Shown here: positions 1-10,619 of the stretch, piece after piece
How positions within the stretch are numbered: position 1 is the first letter of the stretch
Layout of the letters: each line of letters starts with the position of its first letter
NCBI GenBank assembly: GCA_963781585.1
Contig: CAWAGQ010000005.1
Coordinates: 224,001 to 288,000 of the forward strand
Length of the DNA stretch: 64,000 nt
Direction of reading: 5' to 3'
Source of the DNA: an uncultured Gemmatimonadaceae bacterium
GTDB lineage: Bacteria; Gemmatimonadota; Gemmatimonadetes; Gemmatimonadales; Gemmatimonadaceae
Notes under the pieces: model-generated
The model's input: the letters and a program-made list of their open reading frames with translations, nothing else
Database searches by the model: none
What the model was told of the DNA's origin: nothing
Program-made: the position numbers and the translations under genes

Positions 1-1
1 T

Positions 2-2704
2 GAGCGCGGGCTCTACAAGACCGGGGACGGCGGGCAGACGTGGCAGCTGGTGAAGTTCATTTCGGACAGGGCCGGCGTGGTGGATGTGGCGCTCGACCCG
101 TCCAATCCCGATGTGGTCTGGGCCGCCAGCTGGCAACGGGTGCGTGGCCCGTACTTCCTGAATTCCGGCGGGCCGGGCTCGGCACTGTGGAAGTCGGCCG
201 ATGCCGGCAAGACCTGGACCGAGGTCAAGGGCGGCGGCTTCCCCGAAACCACCAAGGGGCGCATCTCCATCGCCATCGCGCTCTCGAATCCAAAGATCAT
301 GTACACCATGGTCGAGGCCGATACGGCGCCTAACGCCAAGCCGGCACCCGGGAAGCCGCGACAGGAGGCGCCCAGTGGGCTGTACCGCTCCGACGACGGC
401 GGCGCCACCTGGACCCGCACCAGCAACCAGAATACGCGGCCGTTCTACTACTCACAGGTGCGAGTCCACCCGAAGAACCCCGATCGCGTGTACTGGTCGT
501 CCACTCCGGTGCTCGTCTCGAACGACGGCGGACGCACCCCGATGAATGCGACGGTCGGCATCCACGTCGACCACCACGCGATGTGGATCGATCCCGTCGA
601 TCCCGACCGCATGATCGTTGGCGACGATGGAGGCGTCGCCATCTCCTTCGACCAGGGTGGAACGTACGTCTTCCCCAACGTCTTCCCCATCGGGCAGCTC
701 TACAACATCAGCTTCGACATGCAGGTGCCGTATCGCGTCTGCGGCGGACTCCAGGACAACGGATCGTGGTGCGGGCCCAGCCGGCGCCGGCAAGGCCCCA
801 TCACCAACAGCATGTGGTTCAACGTCGGCGGTGGAGACGGGTTCGTCACCCAGCAGGACCCCACGGACCCCAACATCATCTACAGCGAATCACAGGGGGG
901 ATCGGTCGGGCGCCTGAACTACGCGACCGGTGAACGGGTCAGCCTCGTGAAACCGCAGTGGCGCCCTGCGTACGACATGTGGGAGGATTCCCTCCTCGTC
1001 GACTTCCCGGATACCACCAAGCCGGCGACGAAGGCGCAGAAGAAGCAGGTCGCCGGGATCCGTGCCCGTCAGCGCGCCGATTCCACCGCCCTCGACCTGC
1101 GCTGGAACTGGAATTCGCCCTATTTCATCTCCCCGCACAACCCGCAGACCCTGTACTTCGGCGCGAATCGTGTACTCAAGTCCACGAAGCGGGGCGATGA
1201 CATGTTTCCGATCTCGCCCGATCTCACCACCGCGGACACCATGAAGATCCGCGTCTCGATGAGAACCACCGGCGGCATCACCAATGACGCTACCGGCGCC
1301 GAGACTTATTGCACGATCGTCTCGCTCAACGAGTCGCCGATCCGGCCGGGGATTCTGTTCGCCGGCACCGACGACGGCCGCGTCTGGCTCACCCGCAATG
1401 ACGGCGGCACGTGGGAGGAACTCACCGGGCGGTTCCCGGGAGTCCCCGCCGGCACGTACGTCACGCGCATCGAGCCGTCACCGCACGATTCGATGACCTT
1501 CTTCGTCACCTTCGACAACCACCGGAACGGCGACTTTACACCCTACGCATACCTGACGACGGACTTCGGCAGGACCTTCAGGTCCATCGTGGCAAACCTG
1601 CCGAGAGGGGGGCCGGATTACGTCCACGTCATCCGGCAGGACCTCGTCAACAGGAACCTGCTCTTCCTCGGCACCGATGTCGGCGCATACGTCTCGGCCA
1701 ACCTGGGACAGACGTGGCAGCGATTCATGACCGGACTGCCCACTGTGCCCGTACACGATCTCCGCATTCATCCGCGCGATCACGAGCTGATCGCAGCGAC
1801 ACACGGTCGTGGAATCTGGATCGTCGACATCTCGGCGCTCGAGCAGGTCACGCCCCAGATCATGGCCCAGGATGCCCACCTGTTCGAACCACTCACCTCG
1901 TACGAGTTCGGCGACGTGCCCGTGGAGGGACAATCCACCGGGAACATGGTCTTCGAGGGAACGAGCCCGCCCTACGGCGCTGTCATCGCGTATCGACTGG
2001 CTACGCGCCAGTCACAGGTCCGCGTGGCGATCATCGACGCCGCCGGCGACACGATGCAGGTGCTCAACGGACCGGGGGCGCCCGGAATCAGCCGCGTCGC
2101 GTGGGGGTTCCAGGGCAAGCCACCAAAGCGTCCGCCGCTGTCCATAGCGCAGCACCGTGACTCAGTCGCACAGATGCAGCGGATCGTGTTCGTGCTCGAT
2201 TCCCTCGAGAAGGCTGGCATGAACACGATGATGCTCGGGATGATGCGGCAACTGGCGAAGACCGGCGACCTCACGCCGTTGTTCGCAATGTTCGGCGGGG
2301 GCGGACGCGCAGCGGGACCGGGGGGCTTCGGACCGCCACCGCCATGGAACCCAAGGCCGGCCGAACAGGCGGGCCGTGGGGGTGGTCGCGGCGGCGCCGC
2401 AGGCGGCGGTCGTGCGGGCGGGGCCGGCACGCCCGGCATGGATCAGAACGGTCTCCTCCAGGTGATCCAGCTCTTCCAGCTCCCTGGAAAGCCCGCTGCC
2501 AGTGGATTCGCGGCCTTCAACTTCCTCACGAATCTTGGTCTTGGACCCGTCGGCTTCGGCGGCGCAGCGGGTGGCGGCGCCGTGGCCCCCGGTGACTACA
2601 TCGTCTCCGTGACCGCTGGCGGCCAGACGATGCGGCAGAAGGTCCGGGTTGAGCGCGCGAACACCACGGGCGCCGCGACCTCGCCCTTCCAGGAGCGGCC
2701 CTGA
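2..2704 (+). CDS. VPS10/sortilin-like beta-propeller protein with BNR/Asp-box repeats (glycosyl hydrolase-like); 5'-truncated by the window edge
   Basis: The frame is open from base 2 (ERGLYKTGDGGQTW...). Repeated S/T-x-D-x-G-x-T-W Asp-boxes (WKSADAGKTW, YRSDDGGATW, LTRNDGGTW), the HVDHHAMWIDP and GGLQDNGSW family motifs, and a Gly-rich C-terminus. Confidence 0.85.
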   Translation, partial: ERGLYKTGDGGQTWQLVKFISDRAGVVDVALDPSNPDVVWAASWQRVRGPYFLNSGGPGSALWKSADAGKTWTEVKGGGFPETTKGRISIAIALSNPKIMYTMVEADTAPNAKPAPGKPRQEAPSGLYRSDDGGATWTRTSNQNTRPFYYSQVRVHPKNPDRVYWSSTPVLVSNDGGRTPMNATVGIHVDHHAMWIDPVDPDRMIVGDDGGVAISFDQGGTYVFPNVFPIGQLYNISFDMQVPYRVCGGLQDNGSWCGPSRRRQGPITNSMWFNVGGGDGFVTQQDPTDPNIIYSESQGGSVGRLNYATGERVSLVKPQWRPAYDMWEDSLLVDFPDTTKPATKAQKKQVAGIRARQRADSTALDLRWNWNSPYFISPHNPQTLYFGANRVLKSTKRGDDMFPISPDLTTADTMKIRVSMRTTGGITNDATGAETYCTIVSLNESPIRPGILFAGTDDGRVWLTRNDGGTWEELTGRFPGVPAGTYVTRIEPSPHDSMTFFVTFDNHRNGDFTPYAYLTTDFGRTFRSIVANLPRGGPDYVHVIRQDLVNRNLLFLGTDVGAYVSANLGQTWQRFMTGLPTVPVHDLRIHPRDHELIAATHGRGIWIVDISALEQVTPQIMAQDAHLFEPLTSYEFGDVPVEGQSTGNMVFEGTSPPYGAVIAYRLATRQSQVRVAIIDAAGDTMQVLNGPGAPGISRVAWGFQGKPPKRPPLSIAQHRDSVAQMQRIVFVLDSLEKAGMNTMMLGMMRQLAKTGDLTPLFAMFGGGGRAAGPGGFGPPPPWNPRPAEQAGRGGGRGGAAGGGRAGGAGTPGMDQNGLLQVIQLFQLPGKPAASGFAAFNFLTNLGLGPVGFGGAAGGGAVAPGDYIVSVTAGGQTMRQKVRVERANTTGAATSPFQERP

Positions 2705-2825
2705 GCGGAGTACCCGAGCGCGTGTCACCCCTCGCTCGTCGTGGCGAAACGACGCATCCAGGGAGCGCTTCGGGACTGGCGTGGGTTATGGTAGCTGGCG
2801 GGTATGGGCGGAGGGTTGCACCCTC

Positions 2826-2880
2826 ACAGCTGATGGCTGTCCGCTGACAACTGTTCGCTGCTGTTCACAGCCGATAGCTG
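2826..2880. repeat. Degenerate 7-bp tandem repeat (GCTGATG/GCTGTCC/GCTGACA-like)
   Basis: cagctgatggctgtccgctgacaactgttcgctg shows 7-nt periodicity in intergenic DNA. Confidence 0.45.
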
Positions 2881-2931
2881 GTATCTTGCTACCAATCGGC
2901 CCATGCCGGGGTATGCCGGCGGGGGCTGGAC

Positions 2932-3014
2932 TGTCACTGGCCAGGTGAGGGCCGGTTTGTCACTGGCCAGGTGGGGGCCGGTTTGTCACTGGCCAGGTGG
3001 GGGCCGGTTTGTCA
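2932..3014. repeat. 26-bp direct repeat x3.2 (TGTCACTGGCCAGGTGGGGGCCGGTT)
   Basis: Copies at 2932-2957 (1 mismatch), 2958-2983 and 2984-3009, plus a partial TGTCA. No spacers. Each unit has a palindromic CTGGCCAG core. Confidence 0.95.
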
Positions 3015-3056
3015 ATCTTGGAAGTATCCGCGAACCCGCAGCCCGATCAGCTCGAG

Positions 3057-4676
3057 ATGTCAGCACTGTCCTCGTATCGCCAATCGCGCACATCGCCCTT
3101 CGAACGCCGCCTGGCGTCCGTCGTGCTCGCAGCGTTGTTCTTGAGCGCCGGTGGAAATCTCGGCGCGCAGGGCGGCAAACCCCCCTCCAAGCCGCCCGCT
3201 CAACCACCCACGTCCCCTACGGCACCGCCCGCGGACAGCGCTCAGCCCCGATCTGACAGCACCCAGGCGCCGGAGAGTGCGCTCGCCTCGATCACCGGAT
3301 CGGTCTACGACAGCGTGCATATGGCCCCGCTCCAGAGCGCTGCCGTGCACGTCGTCGGCACCACCCGCATGTCATTCACCAACGAGTCCGGGCGCTATCG
3401 CATCGACAGCGTCCCTCCGGGAATGCATCGCGTGGGTGTCGAGCACGCCCTGCTCGATTCCATCGGGGTGACGATGGTGACGGATTCCTTTGAACTCCAC
3501 GAGAACGACAGCAAGATCCTCGATCTCGCGGTTCCATCGAGCGAGACGCTGGTCGCTGTCTCCTGTCCTCCGGCGCGGCGCGCGCTGGGACCGACGGCAA
3601 TCATCGGACGGCTCCTCGATGCGGACACCGATGCGCCGGTCCAGGGAAGCCGCGTCTCCTTCGCCTGGTCGGAGATCTCGATCACGTCGGGGTTGCGGCG
3701 TGTTCCCCGGGTCATGGATGCCACCACCGGAGCCGATGGTGTCTTCCGGGTGTGCGGGCTGCCCAAGGACGTCGAGGGGACGCTTCAGGCTGAGATGAAG
3801 GGGATCACCACCGCCGAAGTGCCGATTCGGATCGAGGCGACGCCGCTCAGGATTCAGGGGCTGCGCATCGGCAACGCCAAGACGGTCGCGCAGGTGGATA
3901 GCTCCGTGTCCAAGCCGGGTACCAGCGACAAGGCGACCGGTCAGCGTTTCTCTGCGCTCAATCTCCAGCGAGGCGATGCGGTCCTGCAGGGACGAGTGGT
4001 TTTCGCCAACGGGCAGCCTGTGGTTGGCGCGCGCGTGGACGTTCGGAATGCCGTGAGCGCCACGCTGACGAAGGAGAACGGGGAATTCACGCTTTCGGAG
4101 CTGCCGCCTGGTACCCAGACCGTGATCGCCCGCCAGATCGGGTTCGCCCCGGTTGAGGTCCCCGTCGACCTCTCCACCCGCGCCACCAGGACTGTGACCA
4201 TCACGATGAGCAAGCCGGCGGCTCAGCCGCTTCCCACCGTGGAGGTGAAAGCCGAACAGGACAAGGGCCTGGACAACCTCGGATTCATCTCGCGGCAGCG
4301 CATAGGAAACGGGTATTTCGTGACCGGCGACGACGTGATGAAGCGTGCACCGAACGTTCTCACCGACGTGTTCCGTACCATTCCGTTGCTGCGCGTTACC
4401 CCAGGCGGAGCGTATGGCAATGAGTACATCGTCGAGGAGACGCGCAGGCAGGGATTGACCAGTTGTGTGCGCTATGTAGTGGACAACGCACCGTGGGAAG
4501 CCCTGTATCCGGGTGATCTCGACCGCCTCATGCCCCCGTGGGAAGTCGGCGCAATCGAGGTCTACTCGTCAGCAAGCGTGCCGATCCAGTTCACCGGCGC
4601 TGGTCAGTCGGCCTGTACGGTCATCGTGATTTGGTCGAAGTCCAGCGTTGACGCGGCGAGCAGGCGGAAGAAGTAG
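3057..4676 (+). CDS. Exported protein with carboxypeptidase-regulatory-like domains and a C-terminal TonB plug-like domain (no beta-barrel)
   Basis: Signal-like N-terminus, then several GxVxD...PL/V.GA.V....T...G.F repeats typical of CarboxypepD_reg domains. The C-terminal VGAIEVY...P.QF...ACTVIVIWS is plug-like. Start chosen at ATG 3057. Confidence 0.7.
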   Translation: MSALSSYRQSRTSPFERRLASVVLAALFLSAGGNLGAQGGKPPSKPPAQPPTSPTAPPADSAQPRSDSTQAPESALASITGSVYDSVHMAPLQSAAVHVVGTTRMSFTNESGRYRIDSVPPGMHRVGVEHALLDSIGVTMVTDSFELHENDSKILDLAVPSSETLVAVSCPPARRALGPTAIIGRLLDADTDAPVQGSRVSFAWSEISITSGLRRVPRVMDATTGADGVFRVCGLPKDVEGTLQAEMKGITTAEVPIRIEATPLRIQGLRIGNAKTVAQVDSSVSKPGTSDKATGQRFSALNLQRGDAVLQGRVVFANGQPVVGARVDVRNAVSATLTKENGEFTLSELPPGTQTVIARQIGFAPVEVPVDLSTRATRTVTITMSKPAAQPLPTVEVKAEQDKGLDNLGFISRQRIGNGYFVTGDDVMKRAPNVLTDVFRTIPLLRVTPGGAYGNEYIVEETRRQGLTSCVRYVVDNAPWEALYPGDLDRLMPPWEVGAIEVYSSASVPIQFTGAGQSACTVIVIWSKSSVDAASRRKK

Positions 4677-4679
4677 CCC

Positions 4680-5561
4680 TCAGACCCGTTCTTCGTGCGG
4701 CTCCATGTGGATCAGCACGCCCTGCACCGCCGGAATCGCGCCCATGATTGCCCGCTTCACCTTGCCGCTCACGATGTGGGCATCGTGCAGTGACATCTCG
4801 GGCGCCGCTTGAACGTGGAGGTCCACGAAGTACCCCGGGCCGGCGCGTCGTACCTTGAGCTTTTCGATTGCCTGAACGTCGTCCACGCCGCGTGAGATCC
4901 GTGTAATGCGCTCGAGCAGTTCCGGCTCGGCGGTTCGGTCCATGAGCGCTTGTACGGCGGGTCGAATGAGTCGGGTCGCACTCCATCCGATCACCGCGGA
5001 TGCCGCGAGAGCCGCCCAGTCGTCGGCAGACTCCCAACCCGGGCCCTTCCACAGCGCGACGCTGATGCCGATGAACGCTGCCGCCGAAGTCAGCGCGTCG
5101 CTGCGATGGTGCCAGGCGTCCGCGGTGATGGCCGCACTGCCCACGTCTCTGCCGACGGCGGCCACCCGGCGATAGAGAACCTCTTTCACCACCACCACCC
5201 CTACCAGTACCACGAGCGTGAATGGCGCGGGGGCGTGCTGTGGAGTGATGATCTCGCGGACGGCTTCGATCGCGATACCCGCGGCCGCGCCGAACATCAT
5301 CAGCGACACCGTCGCGGCGGCGAGGGATTCGGCCTTGCCGTAGCCGAAGGGATACACATCGTCCGCTTCACGCGACGCGATGCGCAGACCGCTCCAGACG
5401 ATCACCGACGACAGGATGTCGCCGGTGGATTCCACGCCGTCGGCGATCAGCGCATAGGAGTTCCCCACCACACCGGCGACGAGCTTGAAGACCGCGAGCG
5501 CAGCGTTGATGAGGAGCCCGAGTTGGGCGAATCGGATGCCGCGGGCGATGTCGAGAGGCAT
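4680..5561 (-). CDS. Cation diffusion facilitator (FieF-like) transporter
   Basis: SYALIADGVES, YPFGYGKAE, ADAWHHRSD and C-terminal LHDAH...VLIHMEP motifs. Confidence 0.92.
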   Translation of the reverse strand: MPLDIARGIRFAQLGLLINAALAVFKLVAGVVGNSYALIADGVESTGDILSSVIVWSGLRIASREADDVYPFGYGKAESLAAATVSLMMFGAAAGIAIEAVREIITPQHAPAPFTLVVLVGVVVVKEVLYRRVAAVGRDVGSAAITADAWHHRSDALTSAAAFIGISVALWKGPGWESADDWAALAASAVIGWSATRLIRPAVQALMDRTAEPELLERITRISRGVDDVQAIEKLKVRRAGPGYFVDLHVQAAPEMSLHDAHIVSGKVKRAIMGAIPAVQGVLIHMEPHEERV

Positions 5562-5668
5562 GGTGCGCGACGTGGCCGGTGTGTAATGGCCCGCGCGCGG
5601 CAGCGTGGCAAGGGAGTCCCCACGGTGTGGGGGACGGTCACCTATGCCCGATTCTCGGTTCCAACCAC

Positions 5669-5701
5669 GCGGTGAACCGGGGGCGACCGCCGGTTCACCG
5701 C
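5669..5701. terminator. GC-rich stem-loop downstream of the outer-membrane protein gene
   Basis: GCGGTGAACCGG / CCGGTTCACCGC 12-bp inverted repeat, 15 bp after the stop at 5716. No clear U-tract on the minus strand. Confidence 0.55.
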
Positions 5702-5715
5702 AAAACTTACAGCCT

Positions 5716-6315
5716 CTACTGCCCGCCCTTCATCTTGAAGGTCAGCCCGACGTTGAGCGTGGCAGCGCCGGCTCCCACGTCCCCGTAAAGCGCCATGCTC
5801 TGACTCATGAAGTAGCGGGCGCCGAGCCGACCAATGAAGTAAAGGCCCGAGGAGTATGCCCCGCAATAATTCGACAGCGCTCCGGAGCAGCTCACGACTT
5901 CAAAGCCCAGACCCAACCCGATAAACGGATCGAACTTGGTGTTGTTCTCGAGATGGAAATGGTAGTTGGCGGTGGCGCCAATGGGGATGTAGCTGACACT
6001 GCAGTCGTAGGGATTGCAGCCGTTCCAATGCCACCAGTCCGCGCTCACTTCGAAGCCCAGGACGCCGTTGCTCAGGCTTGGAAGCGTCTTGATGCCGTGT
6101 TCGAAGCGTCCGCCAATGGAAATGCTGGCCGAGCCGATGCCGCCCAGCCCGATCACCGGGCCAATGTCCGTGTAGCCGGGCCTGAAGCCTCCTCCGGCAG
6201 ACGCGCCTTGCGCGGCCGCCGTCGTGCTCCCGCGACTTGCCTGTGCGTGGGTCGTCGAGTTGAGCACGAACGTCAGTGCGGCGGCGACACCCAATACACG
6301 CGTCATTCTCGGCAT
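5716..6315 (-). CDS. Small outer-membrane beta-barrel protein
   Basis: GAGGAGGAG RBS before ATG 6315, signal peptide ending THA-Q, alternating amphipathic strands (ANYHF, FDPFIGLGLGF, LGARYF) and C-terminal VGLTF. Confidence 0.8.
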   Translation of the reverse strand: MPRMTRVLGVAAALTFVLNSTTHAQASRGSTTAAAQGASAGGGFRPGYTDIGPVIGLGGIGSASISIGGRFEHGIKTLPSLSNGVLGFEVSADWWHWNGCNPYDCSVSYIPIGATANYHFHLENNTKFDPFIGLGLGFEVVSCSGALSNYCGAYSSGLYFIGRLGARYFMSQSMALYGDVGAGAATLNVGLTFKMKGGQ

Positions 6316-6663
6316 ATCTCGCTCCTCCTCGACATGAGTGGAAACGTGCGCGGACCCCACGCACCCAGGGCGGCACATGTGACGGCTCTAACGGCCCACA
6401 CAATACAGTGCGAAAGACCAATTCGCCACACGTCATTTCGGGCCGATCGGTGGCATGTTGCCGTTCTCGCTTGCTGCCTATGCGCAAATGTCGGGTGATA
6501 CCTCTCAGCCGGTGATCGTCCAGCCAAATCGCTCGGCTTGTTCCCCGCGGGACGGGTCTCGCGCGTCAGGCGCGTCACTTTGTTCGGTCCCGACACATTC
6601 TCCGGGAACGGTCCGCTCTTGGTGGAACCATCACGAGGATGGTCAACCGGGCGTGTCGTATGA

Positions 6664-6795
6664 CCTTTGGCCTTTGGCCTTTGCCTTTGGCCTTTGAGCC
6701 TTTGGCCTTTGACCTTTGGCCTTTGCCTTTGGCCTTTGGCCTTGGCCTTTGACCTTTGGCCTTTGACCTTTGGCCTTTGCCTTTGACCTTTGGCC
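6664..6795. repeat. Heptamer tandem array of about 19 units CCTTTG(G/A)
   Basis: cctttgg/cctttga/cctttg units run continuously, starting about 7 bp past the M48 gene stop codon. Confidence 0.95.
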
Positions 6796-6802
6796 CTATC
6801 GC

Positions 6803-8251
6803 CTACTCCACCACCCGCTTCACGATGGTCCCGGCCGCGAGCGACTCGTTCACTTCCACGCCGTTGATCAGCGCCACCTCGGCAAGGGGGATGACCGACG
6901 GGTAGGTCTGATTGAACTCCGTCACCGTCATGGCCCGCGGCAACGTCACGAGTGTGATGCGCTGAGGCTTCACGTTCAGTGCCTGCGGATCGGTCAGTTG
7001 CTGGAACGAGGACATCGTCTGTCGGAACGCTGCATCGTACCGGCTCTCCATCGCCGTCGTGGAATAGCCGAGGATCCGGTACGTACTCCCGCTCAGACTC
7101 ACGAACGCCACCCATCCACTCAGGGCCCCCTGGTCGGTCTGGGCAGTGAACGAGCCGACAGCAGACGGCAGACCGTTGATGCTCGAGGTGCCGGTGCGCT
7201 GTCCGCTCAGGCCCTGCTGGCCAAGGAACGTCGTGAGGGCCTCGGACGGAGGCGTGGTTCCCGCCAGTGAGAGCACCAGCACCGCATCCTGCGCCGAGCT
7301 GACCCCCACCACCTGGTCCGCCTGGTTCGCGGTCTTCCATCCGCTGGGAAAATCAAGACGGAATCGCAGCGTTGGGTGGAGGAATGTCGTGCCGCGGAAG
7401 TATCCCAGACGCGGGTCCTCCCCGAAAACGAGTCCTCCGATGTGCTGAAGGTATTGGTCGCGGTCGATCTTCAGCCCGCTGGGGAGTGGGCTCGCGGCGG
7501 CGATGCGCTGCTCTGTCCTGGCGACCCGGTCACCGGGGTCTGGATGGGTCGATAGCCAGCCCGGGGTCTTTCCGCCGCTCGCGTCGCTGATGCGCTGCAG
7601 GGTCTCGAACATGCGTTCCATGGCGTGCGGGTCATACTGCGCCTGCAGCGTGTAGCGGAATCCCAGGTCGTCGGCCTGCGTTTCCTGATCCCGGCTGAAC
7701 TTCAGGAAGAGGACGTTCATGGCGTCGCTGGCCAGATTGCCGAACTGTTGGAGTTGCGGACTCACGATCATCCCGACCCCGAGAGCAAGTCCGGCGAGTT
7801 GCTGCCGCGACATTTCGTGCACCTGATGCTTCGCGGTGATGTGCCCGGTTTCGTGTCCCAGCACGGACACCAGCTGTGCCTCGGAATTCGCGTAGGTCAG
7901 CAGCCCCCGGGTGACGAACACGGGGCCGCCGGGCAGCGCAAAGGCATTCACCGACGCATCCTCGACCACCTGGTACGACCACGGCAGGCCGGGACGCTCC
8001 GATTTCGGCCCCAGCAGCATGCCTAACGACGACACGTACGCCTGCAGCGCCTGATCATCGGTGAGCCCGATGGTCCGAACCACCTCCTCCTTCCCCTGCT
8101 GGCCGAGGGCGATCTCGTCCGACTCCGAGATGAGCGACAGCTCCCGCTTCCCGGTGACCGGATTGGTTGCGCACGCCGCCAGGGCGAGGGTGAAAGCGAC
8201 ACCGCGGAACGCGGGACGAATCAGCAAGCGAGAGCCCTGAGACATGCGCAT
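6803..8251 (-). CDS. M48 family (BepA/YfgC-like) zinc metalloprotease lipoprotein
   Basis: Lipobox LALAAC, NAFALPGG, HETGH zinc motif, FSRDQETQAD, WLSTHP. GAGGT RBS before ATG 8251. Confidence 0.92.
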   Translation of the reverse strand: MRMSQGSRLLIRPAFRGVAFTLALAACATNPVTGKRELSLISESDEIALGQQGKEEVVRTIGLTDDQALQAYVSSLGMLLGPKSERPGLPWSYQVVEDASVNAFALPGGPVFVTRGLLTYANSEAQLVSVLGHETGHITAKHQVHEMSRQQLAGLALGVGMIVSPQLQQFGNLASDAMNVLFLKFSRDQETQADDLGFRYTLQAQYDPHAMERMFETLQRISDASGGKTPGWLSTHPDPGDRVARTEQRIAAASPLPSGLKIDRDQYLQHIGGLVFGEDPRLGYFRGTTFLHPTLRFRLDFPSGWKTANQADQVVGVSSAQDAVLVLSLAGTTPPSEALTTFLGQQGLSGQRTGTSSINGLPSAVGSFTAQTDQGALSGWVAFVSLSGSTYRILGYSTTAMESRYDAAFRQTMSSFQQLTDPQALNVKPQRITLVTLPRAMTVTEFNQTYPSVIPLAEVALINGVEVNESLAAGTIVKRVVE

Positions 8252-8552
8252 GGTGACCTCGTGCAGGCGTGTCGGTTTCGGCGTACGCGAGCCGGCGGGC
8301 AGGCGGACGCGCGGCCCTTGGGCGATCAGCGTCCCGCGGCGAATCCGTGTGGACGAGCGCATCCATCGCGTGGGCCACCAGTACGATACTACGATCCGGG
8401 GCTCGAGGTTCGCGCCTCCTGGCGTCCGTCCACCGGCCTTGGGTATGCACGTCACATCCATGACGGGCTCGTGCGATCTCCATCCGCCGACGGCTAATCT
8501 TCCGCTCCGGCCTGCTGCGGCCTACGTTGGATCGACCTTGACCTTCCTGATC

Positions 8553-9314
8553 ATGCTGCCCTCTTCCGCTCGCACAGGATTCCGGCGGGTGCGTCCCCTC
8601 CGCCTGGCCGCACTGGCGTGGCTGGGCGCCATCTCCTGCTCGCACCGCGCAACCAACGGTATGTCAGCTGTAGCGCCGGACGTCGATCCGCAATCTCCGC
8701 GCAACCAGCAGGGCGCATCCTGGCGCGCGCTGTTCGACGGGACGTCGCTCGAGGCCTGGCGGGGGTACCAGTCGGCCGCGATTCCCGACGGCTGGACGAT
8801 CGTGGACGGCACACTGGCCAAGGACCATACCACCGGCGACATCATGACGAAGGACCAGTTCGGCAATTTCGAACTGGAGTTCGAATGGAAGATCGGGACC
8901 GGGGGCAATGGGGGCGTGTTCTATCGCGCCACGGAGGAATACGACCACATCTACTGGAGTGCGCCCGAATACCAGCTGCTCGACGACGCCAATGCGCCCG
9001 ACGGCCGGAGCCGCCTGACGTCGGCGGGTTCGGACTACGGGCTGTATCCCGCGCCGGCAGGCATGGTGAAACCGGCGGGTGAATGGAACGCCTCACGCAT
9101 CGTCGTGAACGGCCCCCACGTGGAGCACTGGCTCAACGGCACCAGGCTGCTCGAGTACGATCTCTGGAGCCCTGACTGGGAGGCGAAGGTGAAGGCAAGC
9201 AAGTTCGCACCCTGGGCCAACTACGGACGGGCGAAGACGGGATACATCGGGATGCAGGGCGATCACAATGGAACGCTGGCCTTTCGCAACATCCGGATCC
9301 GCGTCCTGAAGTAG
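8553..9314 (+). CDS. DUF1080 / 3-keto-disaccharide hydrolase family lipoprotein
   Basis: [59 protein letters not shown]. Lipobox-like LGAISC. Start uncertain. Confidence 0.9.
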   Translation: MLPSSARTGFRRVRPLRLAALAWLGAISCSHRATNGMSAVAPDVDPQSPRNQQGASWRALFDGTSLEAWRGYQSAAIPDGWTIVDGTLAKDHTTGDIMTKDQFGNFELEFEWKIGTGGNGGVFYRATEEYDHIYWSAPEYQLLDDANAPDGRSRLTSAGSDYGLYPAPAGMVKPAGEWNASRIVVNGPHVEHWLNGTRLLEYDLWSPDWEAKVKASKFAPWANYGRAKTGYIGMQGDHNGTLAFRNIRIRVLK

Positions 9315-9318
9315 CACG

Positions 9319-9348
9319 CCTGGCCCATGGCCTGTGGCCTCTGGCCTC
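9319..9348. repeat. Short heptamer repeat CC(C/T)NTGG x3-4
   Basis: cccatgg cctgtgg cctctgg lies between the DUF1080 stop and the permease start. Confidence 0.6.
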
Positions 9349-9366
9349 TACACCTGTCTCCACTGC

Positions 9367-10617
9367 ATGCCCACTCGACTGAAGCTCTCGACGATGATGT
9401 TCCTCCAGTACTTCATCTGGGGAGCATGGTTCGTCACCATGGGCACGTACCTGAGCCAGACCCTCCACTTCAGTGACCCGCAGGTCGGACTGGCGTACGG
9501 AGCGACGGCGATTGCCGCGCTTGTCTCGCCGTTCTTCATGGGAATCGTCGCCGATCGGTTCTTTGCCACCGAGAAACTGCTGGCAGCCCTCCACATCATC
9601 GGTGGCGGCGTGATGTGGCTCGTCTCCACCCAGACGACCTTCGCGACGTTCTATCCGCTGCTGATCGTGTATGCGCTGTGCTACATGCCCACGCTGAGCC
9701 TCACCAATTCCATCTCGTTTCACCACGTGGAGGACGCGGCGCGCGATTTCCCGTTCATCCGGGTCCTCGGAACCATTGGATGGATTGTTGCCGGCACGCT
9801 CATCGGGAAGGTGCTCCACGTGGAACCGCTCGCCACACCAATGCGGATCGCGGCAGGGGCCTCGTTCGTCCTTGGCCTCTATTCCCTGATGCTGCCGCAT
9901 ACGCCCCCCAAGGCCGCCGGTGCCCCGTTCAGCGTACGTGACGCCCTCGGCCTCGACGCCCTGCAGCTCCTCGAGCAGCGTGACTTCTCGATCTTCGTCC
10001 TGGGCTCCTTCCTGCTCTGCATTCCGCTGCAGTTCTACTACACATTCGCCAATCCTTTCCTGAACGAGATCCGCGCGCCCGAGCCGGCGTTCATCCAGAC
10101 GTTCGGCCAGTGGTCCGAGATCTTCTTCATGCTGCTCCTGCCCTTCTTCCTGAAGCGGTACGGCATCAAGGCGATCATGCTCGGGGGAATGCTCGCCTGG
10201 TCCCTCCGGTATTTCGCCTTCGGCGCAGGGGATGTGGGGACGGGGATGTGGCTCATCTACGCAGGAATCGTTCTCCACGGCGCCTGCTATGATTTCTTCT
10301 TCGTCGCCGGACAGATCTACACCGATGAGCGTGCCGGCCCGCGCATTCGCGCCGCGGCGCAGGGACTCATCAACTTCGTCACCAACGGGGTCGGGTACTT
10401 CGTGGGTGCGTTCGTGTCCGGGGCCGTGGTCAGTCGGTATGCGGTCGCCAATCCCGCGTGCAGCGACGCCGCCGCCGCTGCCAATCAGTGTCTGCAGACC
10501 GTGCACGACTGGCATGGGGTGTGGCAGGTGCCAGCCCTGGGTGCGCTCGCCGTGCTGATTCTCTTCCTGATCCTGTTCCGTCCTCGTCGCAGCGCCGGCG
10601 CTCCCGCTCCCGTGTAG
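9367..10617 (+). CDS. Nucleoside:H+ symporter (NupG/XapB-like MFS permease)
   Basis: [50 protein letters not shown] and RAAAQGL motifs, about 12 TM segments. Confidence 0.92.
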   Translation: MPTRLKLSTMMFLQYFIWGAWFVTMGTYLSQTLHFSDPQVGLAYGATAIAALVSPFFMGIVADRFFATEKLLAALHIIGGGVMWLVSTQTTFATFYPLLIVYALCYMPTLSLTNSISFHHVEDAARDFPFIRVLGTIGWIVAGTLIGKVLHVEPLATPMRIAAGASFVLGLYSLMLPHTPPKAAGAPFSVRDALGLDALQLLEQRDFSIFVLGSFLLCIPLQFYYTFANPFLNEIRAPEPAFIQTFGQWSEIFFMLLLPFFLKRYGIKAIMLGGMLAWSLRYFAFGAGDVGTGMWLIYAGIVLHGACYDFFFVAGQIYTDERAGPRIRAAAQGLINFVTNGVGYFVGAFVSGAVVSRYAVANPACSDAAAAANQCLQTVHDWHGVWQVPALGALAVLILFLILFRPRRSAGAPAPV

Positions 10618-10619
10618 GA

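Noticed and set aside
2932..3014. CRISPR array
   Set aside because: The repeats are head-to-tail with no unique spacers, and there are no cas genes in the window.
6303..7340. 345-aa minus-strand ORF with KGQRQRPKVKGQR repeats
   Set aside because: It is a translation of the non-coding heptamer array plus an alternate frame of the M48 gene.
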